This document shows, piece by piece, positions 28,545 through 36,951 of a stretch of DNA of 64,000 nt. A program made the position numbers and the translations under genes. Every line of letters starts with the position of its first letter. Within the stretch, counting starts at the first letter, position 1. The notes beneath the pieces are model-generated. The model did no database searches and had not been told where the DNA came from. It saw nothing but the letters and a program-made list of their open reading frames with translations. Source of the DNA: Candidatus Enterousia sp. (GTDB taxonomy: Bacteria; Pseudomonadota; Alphaproteobacteria; Rs-D84); NCBI GenBank assembly GCA_045613785.1, contig JAZLBQ010000001.1:2571-66570 (forward strand), given 5' to 3'.

Positions 28545-29192
28545 TTAGCGAGAACGAATAACACCAAAATCGTTTATAACCCAGTCGCATAATTTATGTT
28601 TTAAACATTCGTCTGCGTCCAAGAAACCTTCTTCGTTTGATTGCAGTTTATTTAACATTTTTGGCGTTAAAGCAGTGTGTTGCAGATACATGTTTTTTTT
28701 CATGTTTGTTTGTTTCTTTATTCTGCTGGCAGCCATGTCGATTTCTGATTCTTTTTCAATGCTGGTGAGATGGCGACCAAAGTGAACAAAGTGATAGGCC
28801 TGGCTGAACATGATGCGAAAACCTGGGGTGCCAGTGATTGCTAGCAGGCTGCCACAACTGGATGCACGACCTAGGACAGTTGTGCGGATAATTGCACCTT
28901 TGGATTTTGCAATACTCAATAATGTGACGATTGAATCAAGTATTTTGCCGTCGCCACCAGTGGAATTTATGTAAACATCAATGACTGGATTCTTTATTGT
29001 TTGGTCATAAGGTGTTGTGATTTCATAGTCCGCTTGAGGTACTGGTTCAGTTGGGATGTTTGATACCAGGTCTGATAAATTTCCAATCAGTTCGTTGCTT
29101 GTTCTTGATGAAAATTCATCAAGAATAAAAATTTTGTTTTCCAGAATATAGTTTCCTGATTTTGATTCATTTATTATTTTGCTTTGTGCCAT
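28545..29192 (-). CDS. Divergent ClpP-family (peptidase S14) serine protease, solitary with no clpX adjacent.
   Basis: It aligns to ClpP. IDVYINSTGGDGKILDSIVTLL matches IYLYINSPGG. GRASSCGSLLAITG matches GQAASMGAFLL (catalytic Ser). HFVHFGRH matches MIHQP (His). FLDADE matches the Asp region. Confidence 0.65.
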   Translation of the reverse strand: MAQSKIINESKSGNYILENKIFILDEFSSRTSNELIGNLSDLVSNIPTEPVPQADYEITTPYDQTIKNPVIDVYINSTGGDGKILDSIVTLLSIAKSKGAIIRTTVLGRASSCGSLLAITGTPGFRIMFSQAYHFVHFGRHLTSIEKESEIDMAASRIKKQTNMKKNMYLQHTALTPKMLNKLQSNEEGFLDADECLKHKLCDWVINDFGVIRSR

Positions 29193-29332
29193 TATTAGTT
29201 CCTTGGGTAATTTTTGAAATTATTATATTGTACAAAAACAATAAATGTCAAGTTTTGAATGTGCTTTTTTGGGGGTAGGAGTCGCTAGGGTAATAAGAAA
29301 TCCCCCATTTGGGGGATTTTTAAAGGAATACA

Positions 29333-29497
29333 CTATTTTTCATTGCCAGTGATGTCTGTCGGCCTTGGCATACTTGGACCAAAGGTAACGCCACGTGCCT
29401 GAAAAATCGCCGCCAGGTTTAGTGGTTCAAGATTTTTTCTGGGTCTTTGATTTACTGCTTCGCAACCCATATTCAATTTACTTACTATACTTGTCAT
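29333..29497 (-). CDS. Candidate small basic protein (54 aa) with its own promoter-like and terminator signals. It is not in the ORF track because it is under 60 aa.
   Basis: I translated it by hand: MTSIVSKLNMGCEAVNQRPRKNLEPLNLAAIFQARGVTFGPSMPRPTDITGNEK. GAGG lies 8-11 nt upstream of the ATG at 29497. TTGACA-like boxes lie upstream on the minus strand (29520-29570). The family terminator (revcomp of 29296-29325) lies 8 nt after the stop. Confidence 0.3.
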   Translation of the reverse strand: MTSIVSKLNMGCEAVNQRPRKNLEPLNLAAIFQARGVTFGPSMPRPTDITGNEK

Positions 29498-29585
29498 TTT
29501 TTAATGCCTCTTGTCAAAACATCTCTCTGACGCCAGTCAATATATATTACAAAAAACTTTTTGTCAAGTATTTTTGTTTTATATT

Positions 29586-31277
29586 TTACTGATCGCAACC
29601 ATACTCACCGCATGTTCCAGCTGAATATTCCTGGACATCGATTTCAACAGGAACTGGACGTGGATTTTCGGTGTAATGTGTTTCTTTGACAACACGAACA
29701 CGGCGGTTGGCGGCGTTTGGTGTGTTGTCAGGTGTTGGAACAGCCAAGTCTTCTTCGCCGGCAGATACTGCAACAATCTGGCTGGCTGGGATTCCGTATT
29801 GAATCAACATTTTCTGAACAGCTTCGGCACGGCGACCACCCAATGCATAATTGTAGTTCGTTGTGCCGGTTGTGTCTGTGTGACCAACAACAGAAATCTT
29901 GATGTTTTTGTTTTCCTGGGTGGCAGCCACCAATTGTTTAATCAATTCTTGGTATTCTGGTTTGATGATTGCCTTGTTGAAATCAAAACGTATTTCAAAG
30001 ACTTCTTCCATGACGTGTTGAGTTGGTTCTAGTGGAATCTGTTGAACCTTTATCATTGTTTTTTCGCCCTGGGCAGCTTGAATTTGATCCAGACGTGAAT
30101 TGATGGCGGCTAATTCTGCACGCATTGCCATCATCATGTTGATGAATTCTTCACGTGTGACCAATTCGTCGCTTATCATCGGAATTGGTTCTGGGCATGC
30201 CTGACATTCTGGACATGTTGGACATTCTGCACAGGCTGGACATTTTTGCTCTTTTTCTGTTACCACAACTGCAAATGATGGAGATGCAGGACAGTCTTTC
30301 TGACCATGTTGGCAGTTATGTTCATGCTCATGTGTTGCAGGAGCGGGGCAATTTGTTGCACCACTTGGGCATTCACTTGCACTTAGTGTGTTGTTGCTGT
30401 TGCGGATGCTGTTGTCGTTTGCACTTTTTGTAATTGATTTGTCGCCACCGTAAATATTCTGGTTGAATACCATTGGCTGAACTGGTTCTGGTTTAATCAG
30501 GTGTTCAGGAACATTTACATTGTTTACGATAATCACACCTTCACGGTTCTGAGATGCATTACGCATTGCAGCGGTGTTGCGTGTGTCTGGATAGTATTTC
30601 CCAGCAGTGCGTTCAACAGCAGTTTCAACGGTTGTTTGGCCGTTTGTTTTGATTGTTTCAGTAATTTTTTCTTGCTGTTCTAATTTTACCTTTTGTGCCA
30701 AGCTTTGGACGACTTTGCCACCATGGCAATCACGCAAGGCGACCATCGTTTTGTTAAAGCGGTCACGGCACTGATTGGCGGTTGCAATTTGACCACTTGC
30801 TGATGCAGATAGCCAGCAATCAAATTTAGCTTGGGCTTCGGCAGCCAACTGTGGATTGGTGTATGACGCATCATTTTTCAACTGTTCCATCAGTTCATTG
30901 TATGCATTATATAATTCAAATGCTTCTTGTTCGTTTTCAACAGGCCAATTTTCCAAACTTTCTGGGAAAGGAACTTCGCCACTGAATGCGGCAATAGCCT
31001 TGTTGGCGAATAATTCACCCATGTCCGCATAGCCACTGGTGCGGGCATTATATATTGCATAAGAACGATAGTTCATCGCCAGCTGGTTTAGAAATGAATC
31101 CTTGTGTGGGGCAGAATATACGTCCAGCGATTCAACATAGTCAACCGTTGGAGTTGATATAGGACCTTCATAGTTCGCATCGCCACCAGTATTTGCACAC
31201 GCAGTCAATGCAACTGCACTAACGATTGTCAGTATGCGTGAAATAACCCATGTTGCCACACAAGATTTATTTTTCAT
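29586..31277 (-). CDS. OmpA-family lipoprotein with a central Cys/His-rich CPxC tandem-repeat region.
   Basis: Lipobox LTAC follows the hydrophobic helix (ILTIVSAVALTACAN). The C-terminal OmpA domain reads FDFNKAIIKPEYQELIKQL...GHTDTTGTTNYNYALGGRRAEAV...NRRVRVV. The middle region reads ATHEHEHNCQHGQKDCPASP...KCPACAECPTCPECQACPEP. Confidence 0.75.
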   Translation of the reverse strand: MKNKSCVATWVISRILTIVSAVALTACANTGGDANYEGPISTPTVDYVESLDVYSAPHKDSFLNQLAMNYRSYAIYNARTSGYADMGELFANKAIAAFSGEVPFPESLENWPVENEQEAFELYNAYNELMEQLKNDASYTNPQLAAEAQAKFDCWLSASASGQIATANQCRDRFNKTMVALRDCHGGKVVQSLAQKVKLEQQEKITETIKTNGQTTVETAVERTAGKYYPDTRNTAAMRNASQNREGVIIVNNVNVPEHLIKPEPVQPMVFNQNIYGGDKSITKSANDNSIRNSNNTLSASECPSGATNCPAPATHEHEHNCQHGQKDCPASPSFAVVVTEKEQKCPACAECPTCPECQACPEPIPMISDELVTREEFINMMMAMRAELAAINSRLDQIQAAQGEKTMIKVQQIPLEPTQHVMEEVFEIRFDFNKAIIKPEYQELIKQLVAATQENKNIKISVVGHTDTTGTTNYNYALGGRRAEAVQKMLIQYGIPASQIVAVSAGEEDLAVPTPDNTPNAANRRVRVVKETHYTENPRPVPVEIDVQEYSAGTCGEYGCDQ

Positions 31278-31340
31278 AATATTCCCTTCTTTCTTTAATC
31301 TTTATTATTATACGTTTTTTTAAGGGGTTAGTAAAGCATA

Positions 31341-31366
31341 AAAAAAACGCCCGAAGGCGTTTTTTA
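31341..31366 (-). terminator. Rho-independent terminator downstream of the MotB-like gene.
   Basis: aaaaaaaacgcccgaaggcgttttttatc, directly after the stop at 31364. Confidence 0.65.
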
Positions 31367-32476
31367 TCGATTTGTTAGCTGTAATTCGATTCGACGATTC
31401 TTTTGCAGTGCCTTTGCGTCATTGCCCAGTTCGACAGGATGCATGTCGCCAAAGCCACTTGGGACAAGGCGACGCTTGGATACGCCTGCGTTGGCAAGCT
31501 CGTTAGCAACGGCAGTTGCACGCAATAGCGACAATTCTGTGTTGTTTTTATATCCCGGTGTGCCTGCAATTACTTGCTTTTTATCGGTATGACCGTCAAC
31601 ACGGATAATCCAGTTTATGTCTGTTGGAATTTTTTCTTCCATGTCTTTGATTACATTTGCTATCAGGTGTAGTTGTTTTTTGCCTTCGGGTGACAATTTG
31701 TATGAGCCACTTGGGAATAAAATGTCACTGTTGACAATAAAACGGTCGCCATCAGTCTGAATTGTGGTGCGGTCGCCCAGTGCTAGTTTTATAGCCTTGT
31801 AGAAATCAGATTGATATTTTGAAACATCTTTTAGTTCGGCAACCTTGTCGGCCAGAGCCTTGTTTAGGCGGTTTGACATTTCAACGTATTGGATTTCTTG
31901 GTTCCTAGATTTTTCTTCGGCAGCATCTAAGGCAGCTTGCAGTTTTTCTAGTTGCTGGGCCAATTCGGCACGTTGAGCTTCCATTTCTTGTTGTAGCTGT
32001 CGGCGTTCTTGTTCCAATTGTGCCGTTTTTTCTTTGTCCAGGGTTGCCTGGTTTAATTGTTGGGTTAGTGCGGAAACCTGTTCCTGCATATTTAGGCCTT
32101 GGCTTTGTAAATCAAGTATTTTAACCTCGTATGCGGTAATAAGGTCAGAAATGCTGTCGTCTATCTGATTTAGTTCGTCAGTCAGAACGGCGTTGTTTTT
32201 TTCTAAAGTTTCCAGCTCGTTTCGTGCCAAAATCAGCAGGCGTTTTGCTTCTTGCTCGTCGGCCAGCATTTGCTGAATCGTTTGAGTTTGTTCAGCGTTT
32301 GTTGCCTTTAAATCGTCAAGTGATTTTGTGTTGCCAACCTTGTTGAATACACTGGTCGTAGTCCACAAAAAGACAAATACAATCATTAAAAATATCAGTA
32401 TAATTACAAGATTCGAAAATAAATCTACGAATCCTGGCCATGCATTTGTATGTGTGCGATAACGAATGTTCATCAT
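31364..32476 (-). CDS. MotB/PomB-like protein: N-terminal TM helix with the conserved channel Asp, a long coiled-coil linker and a C-terminal OmpA/MotB peptidoglycan-binding domain.
   Basis: WPGFVDLFSNLVIILIFLMIVFVFLW carries the Asp in FVDLF (MotB D32 / ExbD / TolR-type). A coiled coil of about 190 aa is rich in Q/E/L. The C-terminus reads FPSGSYKLSPEGKKQL...VDGHTDKK...LSLLRATAVANEL...NRRIELQL. Confidence 0.75.
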   Translation of the reverse strand: MMNIRYRTHTNAWPGFVDLFSNLVIILIFLMIVFVFLWTTTSVFNKVGNTKSLDDLKATNAEQTQTIQQMLADEQEAKRLLILARNELETLEKNNAVLTDELNQIDDSISDLITAYEVKILDLQSQGLNMQEQVSALTQQLNQATLDKEKTAQLEQERRQLQQEMEAQRAELAQQLEKLQAALDAAEEKSRNQEIQYVEMSNRLNKALADKVAELKDVSKYQSDFYKAIKLALGDRTTIQTDGDRFIVNSDILFPSGSYKLSPEGKKQLHLIANVIKDMEEKIPTDINWIIRVDGHTDKKQVIAGTPGYKNNTELSLLRATAVANELANAGVSKRRLVPSGFGDMHPVELGNDAKALQKNRRIELQLTNR

Positions 32477-32504
32477 TGGTGTTTCTCTCTCTTGTTTTGT
32501 TTTT

Positions 32505-33278
32505 TTATTTGTCTAAGACAGATTGCTCTAGATTTTGGACGGATTGTGTCAATTCCCGTGTGGCTAAATTGATTTTTGGTAAAATCTTGGCAACGTCATC
32601 GGATACGGCAACATGTGTGTGAGCTGCCAGATAATCTTCTAGTTCGTGATAGATTGTATTCTGGGCAGATTGAATTTGTAACCCAAGAAAACCAATTGTA
32701 AGGCTGCCCCCCAGACCAAGCAAAGAACTGGTAAATGCAGTCGCCATCCCAGCCAGTGGGCGGGTTAGTCCAGCCTGCATAGATGTTAAAACTGTTTCGT
32801 CTGAAAAGTTTAATCCACCAATCAGTTCAGCAAAACCACCAACTGTTAAAATCAAACCCCAGAATGTTCCAAGCAGACCTAAAAAAATCAAAGTGTTGGT
32901 TATATAACGGATGGATTCACGTGAATCTTCGAAACGCATCAATATCATATCCATAAAACCGTTTAATGTCGCAGCAGAAATGCGACGTGGACGAGATGCC
33001 AACATTGATGCGACAGGACGCAATAGATACGGTGGTAATGCCAAATTACGGCGACCAGTTGTGTAGCCGTGTAACCATTTATATTCGGGTAATAATTGGA
33101 ATATTTGCACAAAACAAAGACCAATTCCAAACAAGGTTGTGCCAATAATCACGCCGTTTAACCATATGTTGGCGATTGATATTTGTATGAATTCAGCCCA
33201 AAAATACATCACGCCCGCAAACAAAAATGCGGTAAACAATGTCATGCGATTTAGTGCACTGTGAAAATGTCTAGTCAT
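32505..33278 (-). CDS. MotA/TolQ/ExbB-family proton channel protein.
   Basis: Four predicted TM helices with a cytoplasmic loop between TM2 and TM3. The signature LIFLGLLGTFWGLILTVGGF is as in TolQ/ExbB/MotA TM3. It lies 29 nt upstream of the MotB-like gene. Confidence 0.75.
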   Translation of the reverse strand: MTRHFHSALNRMTLFTAFLFAGVMYFWAEFIQISIANIWLNGVIIGTTLFGIGLCFVQIFQLLPEYKWLHGYTTGRRNLALPPYLLRPVASMLASRPRRISAATLNGFMDMILMRFEDSRESIRYITNTLIFLGLLGTFWGLILTVGGFAELIGGLNFSDETVLTSMQAGLTRPLAGMATAFTSSLLGLGGSLTIGFLGLQIQSAQNTIYHELEDYLAAHTHVAVSDDVAKILPKINLATRELTQSVQNLEQSVLDK

Positions 33279-33351
33279 GTGTCTGAACCCCTCGCTTAAA
33301 CATAGAATAGTAAATTTTTGAAATCTGTGTCAATAGGGATTTGATTGAATC

Positions 33352-34344
33352 TTATATTTTATAAATTCTGATAAATGATATTTCGGATGTGCCAGTTGAA
33401 CCAGAACCACCGTCGCCACCATTTATGCCTTTTTTATAATTAGATGAAACGGATGCACCGCCACCACCACCACCGTATGTTGTTGCAGTTTGACCACCGC
33501 AGGAATATGAAACTGTTTTGCCACCACGGCCGCCGACTACTGATATCATATTTATCAAATCGTATTCTGTGTATGATGTTACATCGCCACCATTGCCCCC
33601 GGCGTCTGGAGTAGCGTCTTCGCCAGGATTTACAATTACACCTTCGACATTGTTGTTCTTGTTAAATTGCCATTTTGTGCCACCAATTCCTTCTGGTGCA
33701 CCGCCACCACCGCCGCCAATGGAATTTATATATTTGTTGCTGGTTGATGAATATGTACGAGAAAAAGAACGATAGCCGTTTATATGGCCTGCAAGATTTG
33801 TTGTGTTGCCACCAAATCCATTTCCGACTTTGACTGTGGTAGATGCTGGCACTTGATTTGTTGCAGAGCCAGAACTTGCAGAAATGCATGATTTGCCTGC
33901 ACCGCCAGGAGCACGCCATGTGTTGTTGCCTACAACTAGGATACAGTCAACGCCAGATGCACCGCCGCCAAATGAACCCTTGGACGAACCGCTGGTGATA
34001 ACTTGACCAGGGTTGCCGTCGCCACCACGTAATGCATAAACTGTGGTTGGTTCAGAAATTGAAAATAATGCTGATGTGTATGTCGTAAAGTCTGGTTCAA
34101 CATGGTCAAGGCATTCGGGGTTTGGTGCCCCAATGCCACCACTTAATTCTGCACGATAACAGCCAGGTTCTAGTAATATTTCATTACATGTGTTAAAATT
34201 TTCTGCGGTAAATACCAGTTCTTCGGTGCCTTCCATTACACATGCCCCTTGGGGTAATTCGTTAACAGTGTGATATTTTGCACCTGTTGGTGTGGAAAAG
34301 TATAGGGCAGGCGATAATAGTAAAGGTGCGATTATTGGTAGCAT
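33352..34344 (-). CDS. Secreted glycine-rich protein, paralog 2 (330 aa).
   Basis: Signal peptide MLPIIAPLLLSPALYFSTPTGA. N-terminal module C...EPGCYRAELSGGIGAP...TTVYALRGGDGNPGQ. Then GG-x-GG / GGNGGD repeats. The C-terminus SYSCGGQTATTYGGGGGGA...GGDGGSGSTGTSEISFIRIYKI is shared with the gene at 34347. Confidence 0.7.
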   Translation of the reverse strand: MLPIIAPLLLSPALYFSTPTGAKYHTVNELPQGACVMEGTEELVFTAENFNTCNEILLEPGCYRAELSGGIGAPNPECLDHVEPDFTTYTSALFSISEPTTVYALRGGDGNPGQVITSGSSKGSFGGGASGVDCILVVGNNTWRAPGGAGKSCISASSGSATNQVPASTTVKVGNGFGGNTTNLAGHINGYRSFSRTYSSTSNKYINSIGGGGGGAPEGIGGTKWQFNKNNNVEGVIVNPGEDATPDAGGNGGDVTSYTEYDLINMISVVGGRGGKTVSYSCGGQTATTYGGGGGGASVSSNYKKGINGGDGGSGSTGTSEISFIRIYKI

Positions 34345-34346
34345 GA

Positions 34347-35360
34347 CTATCCTATCTTGTGAATTCTGACAAAGCTGGTTGATGACGTGCCTGTTGAACC
34401 AGAACCGCCATCGCCGCCGACTTCACATTCATTATTACACCAAGAACCACTGTTGTTGCAAGTAGATGTTATTTTTGTTGTGCAGGTAGCACCACCACCG
34501 CCACCGCCATAGGTTGTGGCGGTTGTTCCGCCACACGAATATGAAATAGTTGCACCGCCATTGCCGCCATGAGCAAAATTTAGTGTGTTGGAATTATTTT
34601 GCAGGTTTGTAACACTGCCACCATTGCCACCATGGGTTGAGGTTGCAAGTGTGCCAGCAGTATTAGATAATTTTGTCGTTGCTTCTGCACCATTTCCAGG
34701 CAGTCCAGTGTTGCTTGGGGTCGAACCTGCACCGCCACCACCGCAGACATAATTAGATTTAACTGTTCCATTTCCGCCGTTGTTGATGTATTTGTCTGTA
34801 TAAAAACCGCCACCACCACCGCCGCATAGTGCAGAGATTCCCTGGCCACCACCAGGATGGGCAGTAATTGAACCGTTCATACAGCGTGAACCAGGAGCGC
34901 CTGTCGCACGAATTACACGGTCTCCAATTACCAAAATACTGTCAACACCAGAAGCACCGCCACCTGATACTTGGTGGCTTGAAATGGTTGGTGCGTTGTT
35001 ACCATCGCCACCACGTAGGGCATAAATCGTTGTAGGACTGTTTGTTTTAAAGAACGAGGACACATAGTTGCCTGGAAAATGTTGCTTGCCAGTTCCAGCG
35101 TTGCAGCGAGAAGGCATTCCGCCAGCACCGCCTTGTAGTTCTACACGGTAAATTCCAGCAGGCAGTTCATAGGATATGCATGTGTTTATAGGGGCAACAT
35201 CAATGATGATGTTCTCGACAGCATCCATAATCTGACCGTCAACAGGAACAAGCATGACATAATAAATTTCCCCGTTGGATTGCTTTATGTGCAGGGCAGG
35301 CGAGGTCATTTGTTGTGTGTGTGCTACTATTTCTATATTATCCAGATGTAATACTGGCAT
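34347..35360 (-). CDS. Glycine-rich protein, paralog 1 (337 aa), first gene of the 4-gene operon.
   Basis: N-terminal module ELPAGIYRVELQGGAGGMP...TTIYALRGGDGNNAP. Then GGGASGVDSILVIGDR, also present in paralog 2. C-terminus SYSCGGTTATTYGGGGGGA...GGDGGSGSTGTSSTSFVRIHKIG. Its stop is 3 nt from the start of the 33352 gene. No obvious signal peptide. Confidence 0.65.
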   Translation of the reverse strand: MPVLHLDNIEIVAHTQQMTSPALHIKQSNGEIYYVMLVPVDGQIMDAVENIIIDVAPINTCISYELPAGIYRVELQGGAGGMPSRCNAGTGKQHFPGNYVSSFFKTNSPTTIYALRGGDGNNAPTISSHQVSGGGASGVDSILVIGDRVIRATGAPGSRCMNGSITAHPGGGQGISALCGGGGGGFYTDKYINNGGNGTVKSNYVCGGGGAGSTPSNTGLPGNGAEATTKLSNTAGTLATSTHGGNGGSVTNLQNNSNTLNFAHGGNGGATISYSCGGTTATTYGGGGGGATCTTKITSTCNNSGSWCNNECEVGGDGGSGSTGTSSTSFVRIHKIG

Positions 35361-35530
35361 TGTTCCCTCTGACTACATAACGTTTTTGGTGGATTATAAC
35401 ATCTTGTTGTGTGGTGGGCAATAGAATTGTAAAAAAACTGCTTGATTTTTGGTGAAAAATCTTTATTATTATGGGCGTTCCTGCTGATGGTAATGGTGCC
35501 GTCGGCTGATTAAACCATAGGAAAATAAAA

Positions 35531-35869
35531 ATGGCTTACTATGAAAGCGTCTTGGTTTTTCGCCAGGACTTGACAGAGTCGCAGGTAAAAGAAAAAGCGG
35601 CTAAATTTAGCGAAATCATCAAAGAATTGGGTGGCGATGTTAAAGCTACTGAATTCTGGGGTTTGAAAAACTTGGCATACATCATTCGTAAAAACCGCAA
35701 GGCTCATTACGTTATGTTGAATATCGAATTGTCTGGTTCACAAATCACAGAACTGGAACGCCGTTCTCGTATTGATGAAGACGTTATTCGTTTCTTGAAC
35801 GTTCGTGTTGACGAATTGGCGACAACACCTTCTATTATGATGAAAAAGAATACAGAGGAGGCAGAATAA
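35531..35869 (+). CDS. rpsF: 30S ribosomal protein S6.
   Basis: [21 protein letters not shown]...[19 protein letters not shown], typical of S6. Confidence 0.9.
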   Translation: MAYYESVLVFRQDLTESQVKEKAAKFSEIIKELGGDVKATEFWGLKNLAYIIRKNRKAHYVMLNIELSGSQITELERRSRIDEDVIRFLNVRVDELATTPSIMMKKNTEEAE

Positions 35870-36096
35870 TGGCAGTTCGTGCAGCAATTTATCGTAAAAA
35901 ATCTAACCCTTTAAAGGGCAAGGTTATCGATTACAAGGATATCAAGACATTGTCACATTATATCACAGAACGTGGTAAAATTGTGCCATCTCGCATCAGT
36001 GGCGTTTCTCAGAAAGATCAACGTGCGTTGGCAACAGCTATCAAACGTGCTCGTCATTTGGGGTTGATGCCATTCGTTCGCAACAATCTGGGCTAA
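35869..36096 (+). CDS. rpsR: 30S ribosomal protein S18.
   Basis: [50 protein letters not shown]. Start overlaps the rpsF stop. Confidence 0.9.
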   Translation: MAVRAAIYRKKSNPLKGKVIDYKDIKTLSHYITERGKIVPSRISGVSQKDQRALATAIKRARHLGLMPFVRNNLG

Positions 36097-36255
36097 AATT
36101 AAATTCTGTGGATGCTGGTTGTGTTTGCTGGTTCTTATGTAGCATTTGTACACGGCGAACCATCAAACACTTCCCATCATCTCGCATAATTTAATTTTTG
36201 ATTCGGTAGAATATTTGGGATTTATCCCTAACTTACAAAAATAAGGACAGATAAA

Positions 36256-36837
36256 ATGAAAGTTATTTTGACAGAAAAAATTTCAAAGTTGGGCAATATC
36301 GGCGATACAGTCGAAGTTAAAACTGGTTTCGCACGCAATTATCTGTTGCCAAACGGTAAAGCTATGCGTTATACACGTGAAAACGTTGCTTTGTTCGAAG
36401 CAAAGAAAGCTGAATTGACAGCACGTCAAGAAGCTGCTAAGAAAAATGCAGAAGCAAATGTTGATGCAGTTAAAAATGCAAAATTGCATATGATCCGTCA
36501 GGCAGGTGATACAGGTCAATTGTATGGTTCTGTATCAACACGTGATATTGCACGTATGCTGAAAGAAATTGCAAATGTTTCTGTTGAATCTGCACAGGTT
36601 TTGTTGGGTGCTCCAATCAAATCTGTTGGTGCGTTCGATACAAAAATTGCTTTGCATCCAGATGTTATCGTTCCTGTTAAAATCTTTGTCGCACAGACAC
36701 AAGATGAAATCGATGCATTGGTTGCAGGTAAGGCTTTGACTTTTGGTTCAAAGAAGGTTGAAGAAGTCGAAGAAGAACCAGCTGCAGAGGAAGTTGCAGA
36801 AGAAAAAACAGAAGAAGTTGCGGCAGACGCAGAATAA
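36256..36837 (+). CDS. rplI: 50S ribosomal protein L9, with an acidic C-terminal extension.
   Basis: MKVILTEKISKLGNIGDTVEVKTGFARNYLLPNGKAMRYT. The C-terminal tail is EEVEEEPAAEEVAEEKTEE. Confidence 0.9.
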   Translation: MKVILTEKISKLGNIGDTVEVKTGFARNYLLPNGKAMRYTRENVALFEAKKAELTARQEAAKKNAEANVDAVKNAKLHMIRQAGDTGQLYGSVSTRDIARMLKEIANVSVESAQVLLGAPIKSVGAFDTKIALHPDVIVPVKIFVAQTQDEIDALVAGKALTFGSKKVEEVEEEPAAEEVAEEKTEEVAADAE

Positions 36838-36898
36838 TCTGTTTTGAACATGTTGTATCCTTTATATCCCCATACGTTTGTGTGGGGATGTTTTTTTG

Positions 36899-36926
36899 TT
36901 GACAGATTGTATGTGTGTGCTAAATT
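36899..36926 (+). promoter_or_regulatory. Sigma-70-like promoter upstream of the radical SAM gene.
   Basis: TTGACA (36899-36904), a 16-nt spacer, TAAATT (36921-36926). It sits just after the rplI terminator hairpin ccccatacgtttgtgtgggg plus a T-tract. Confidence 0.45.
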
Positions 36927-36951
36927 TTCAAAAAATGATTTGGGTGTCTAA

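Noticed and set aside
31364-33278. I considered whether the MotA/MotB-like pair is a flagellar stator or a Zorya ZorAB defence module.
   Set aside because: No flagellar, chemotaxis or ZorC/D/E-like genes are in the window. In Zorya the long tail is on the MotA-like protein, whereas here the long coiled coil is on the MotB-like protein. I left it as an unclassified stator-like pair.
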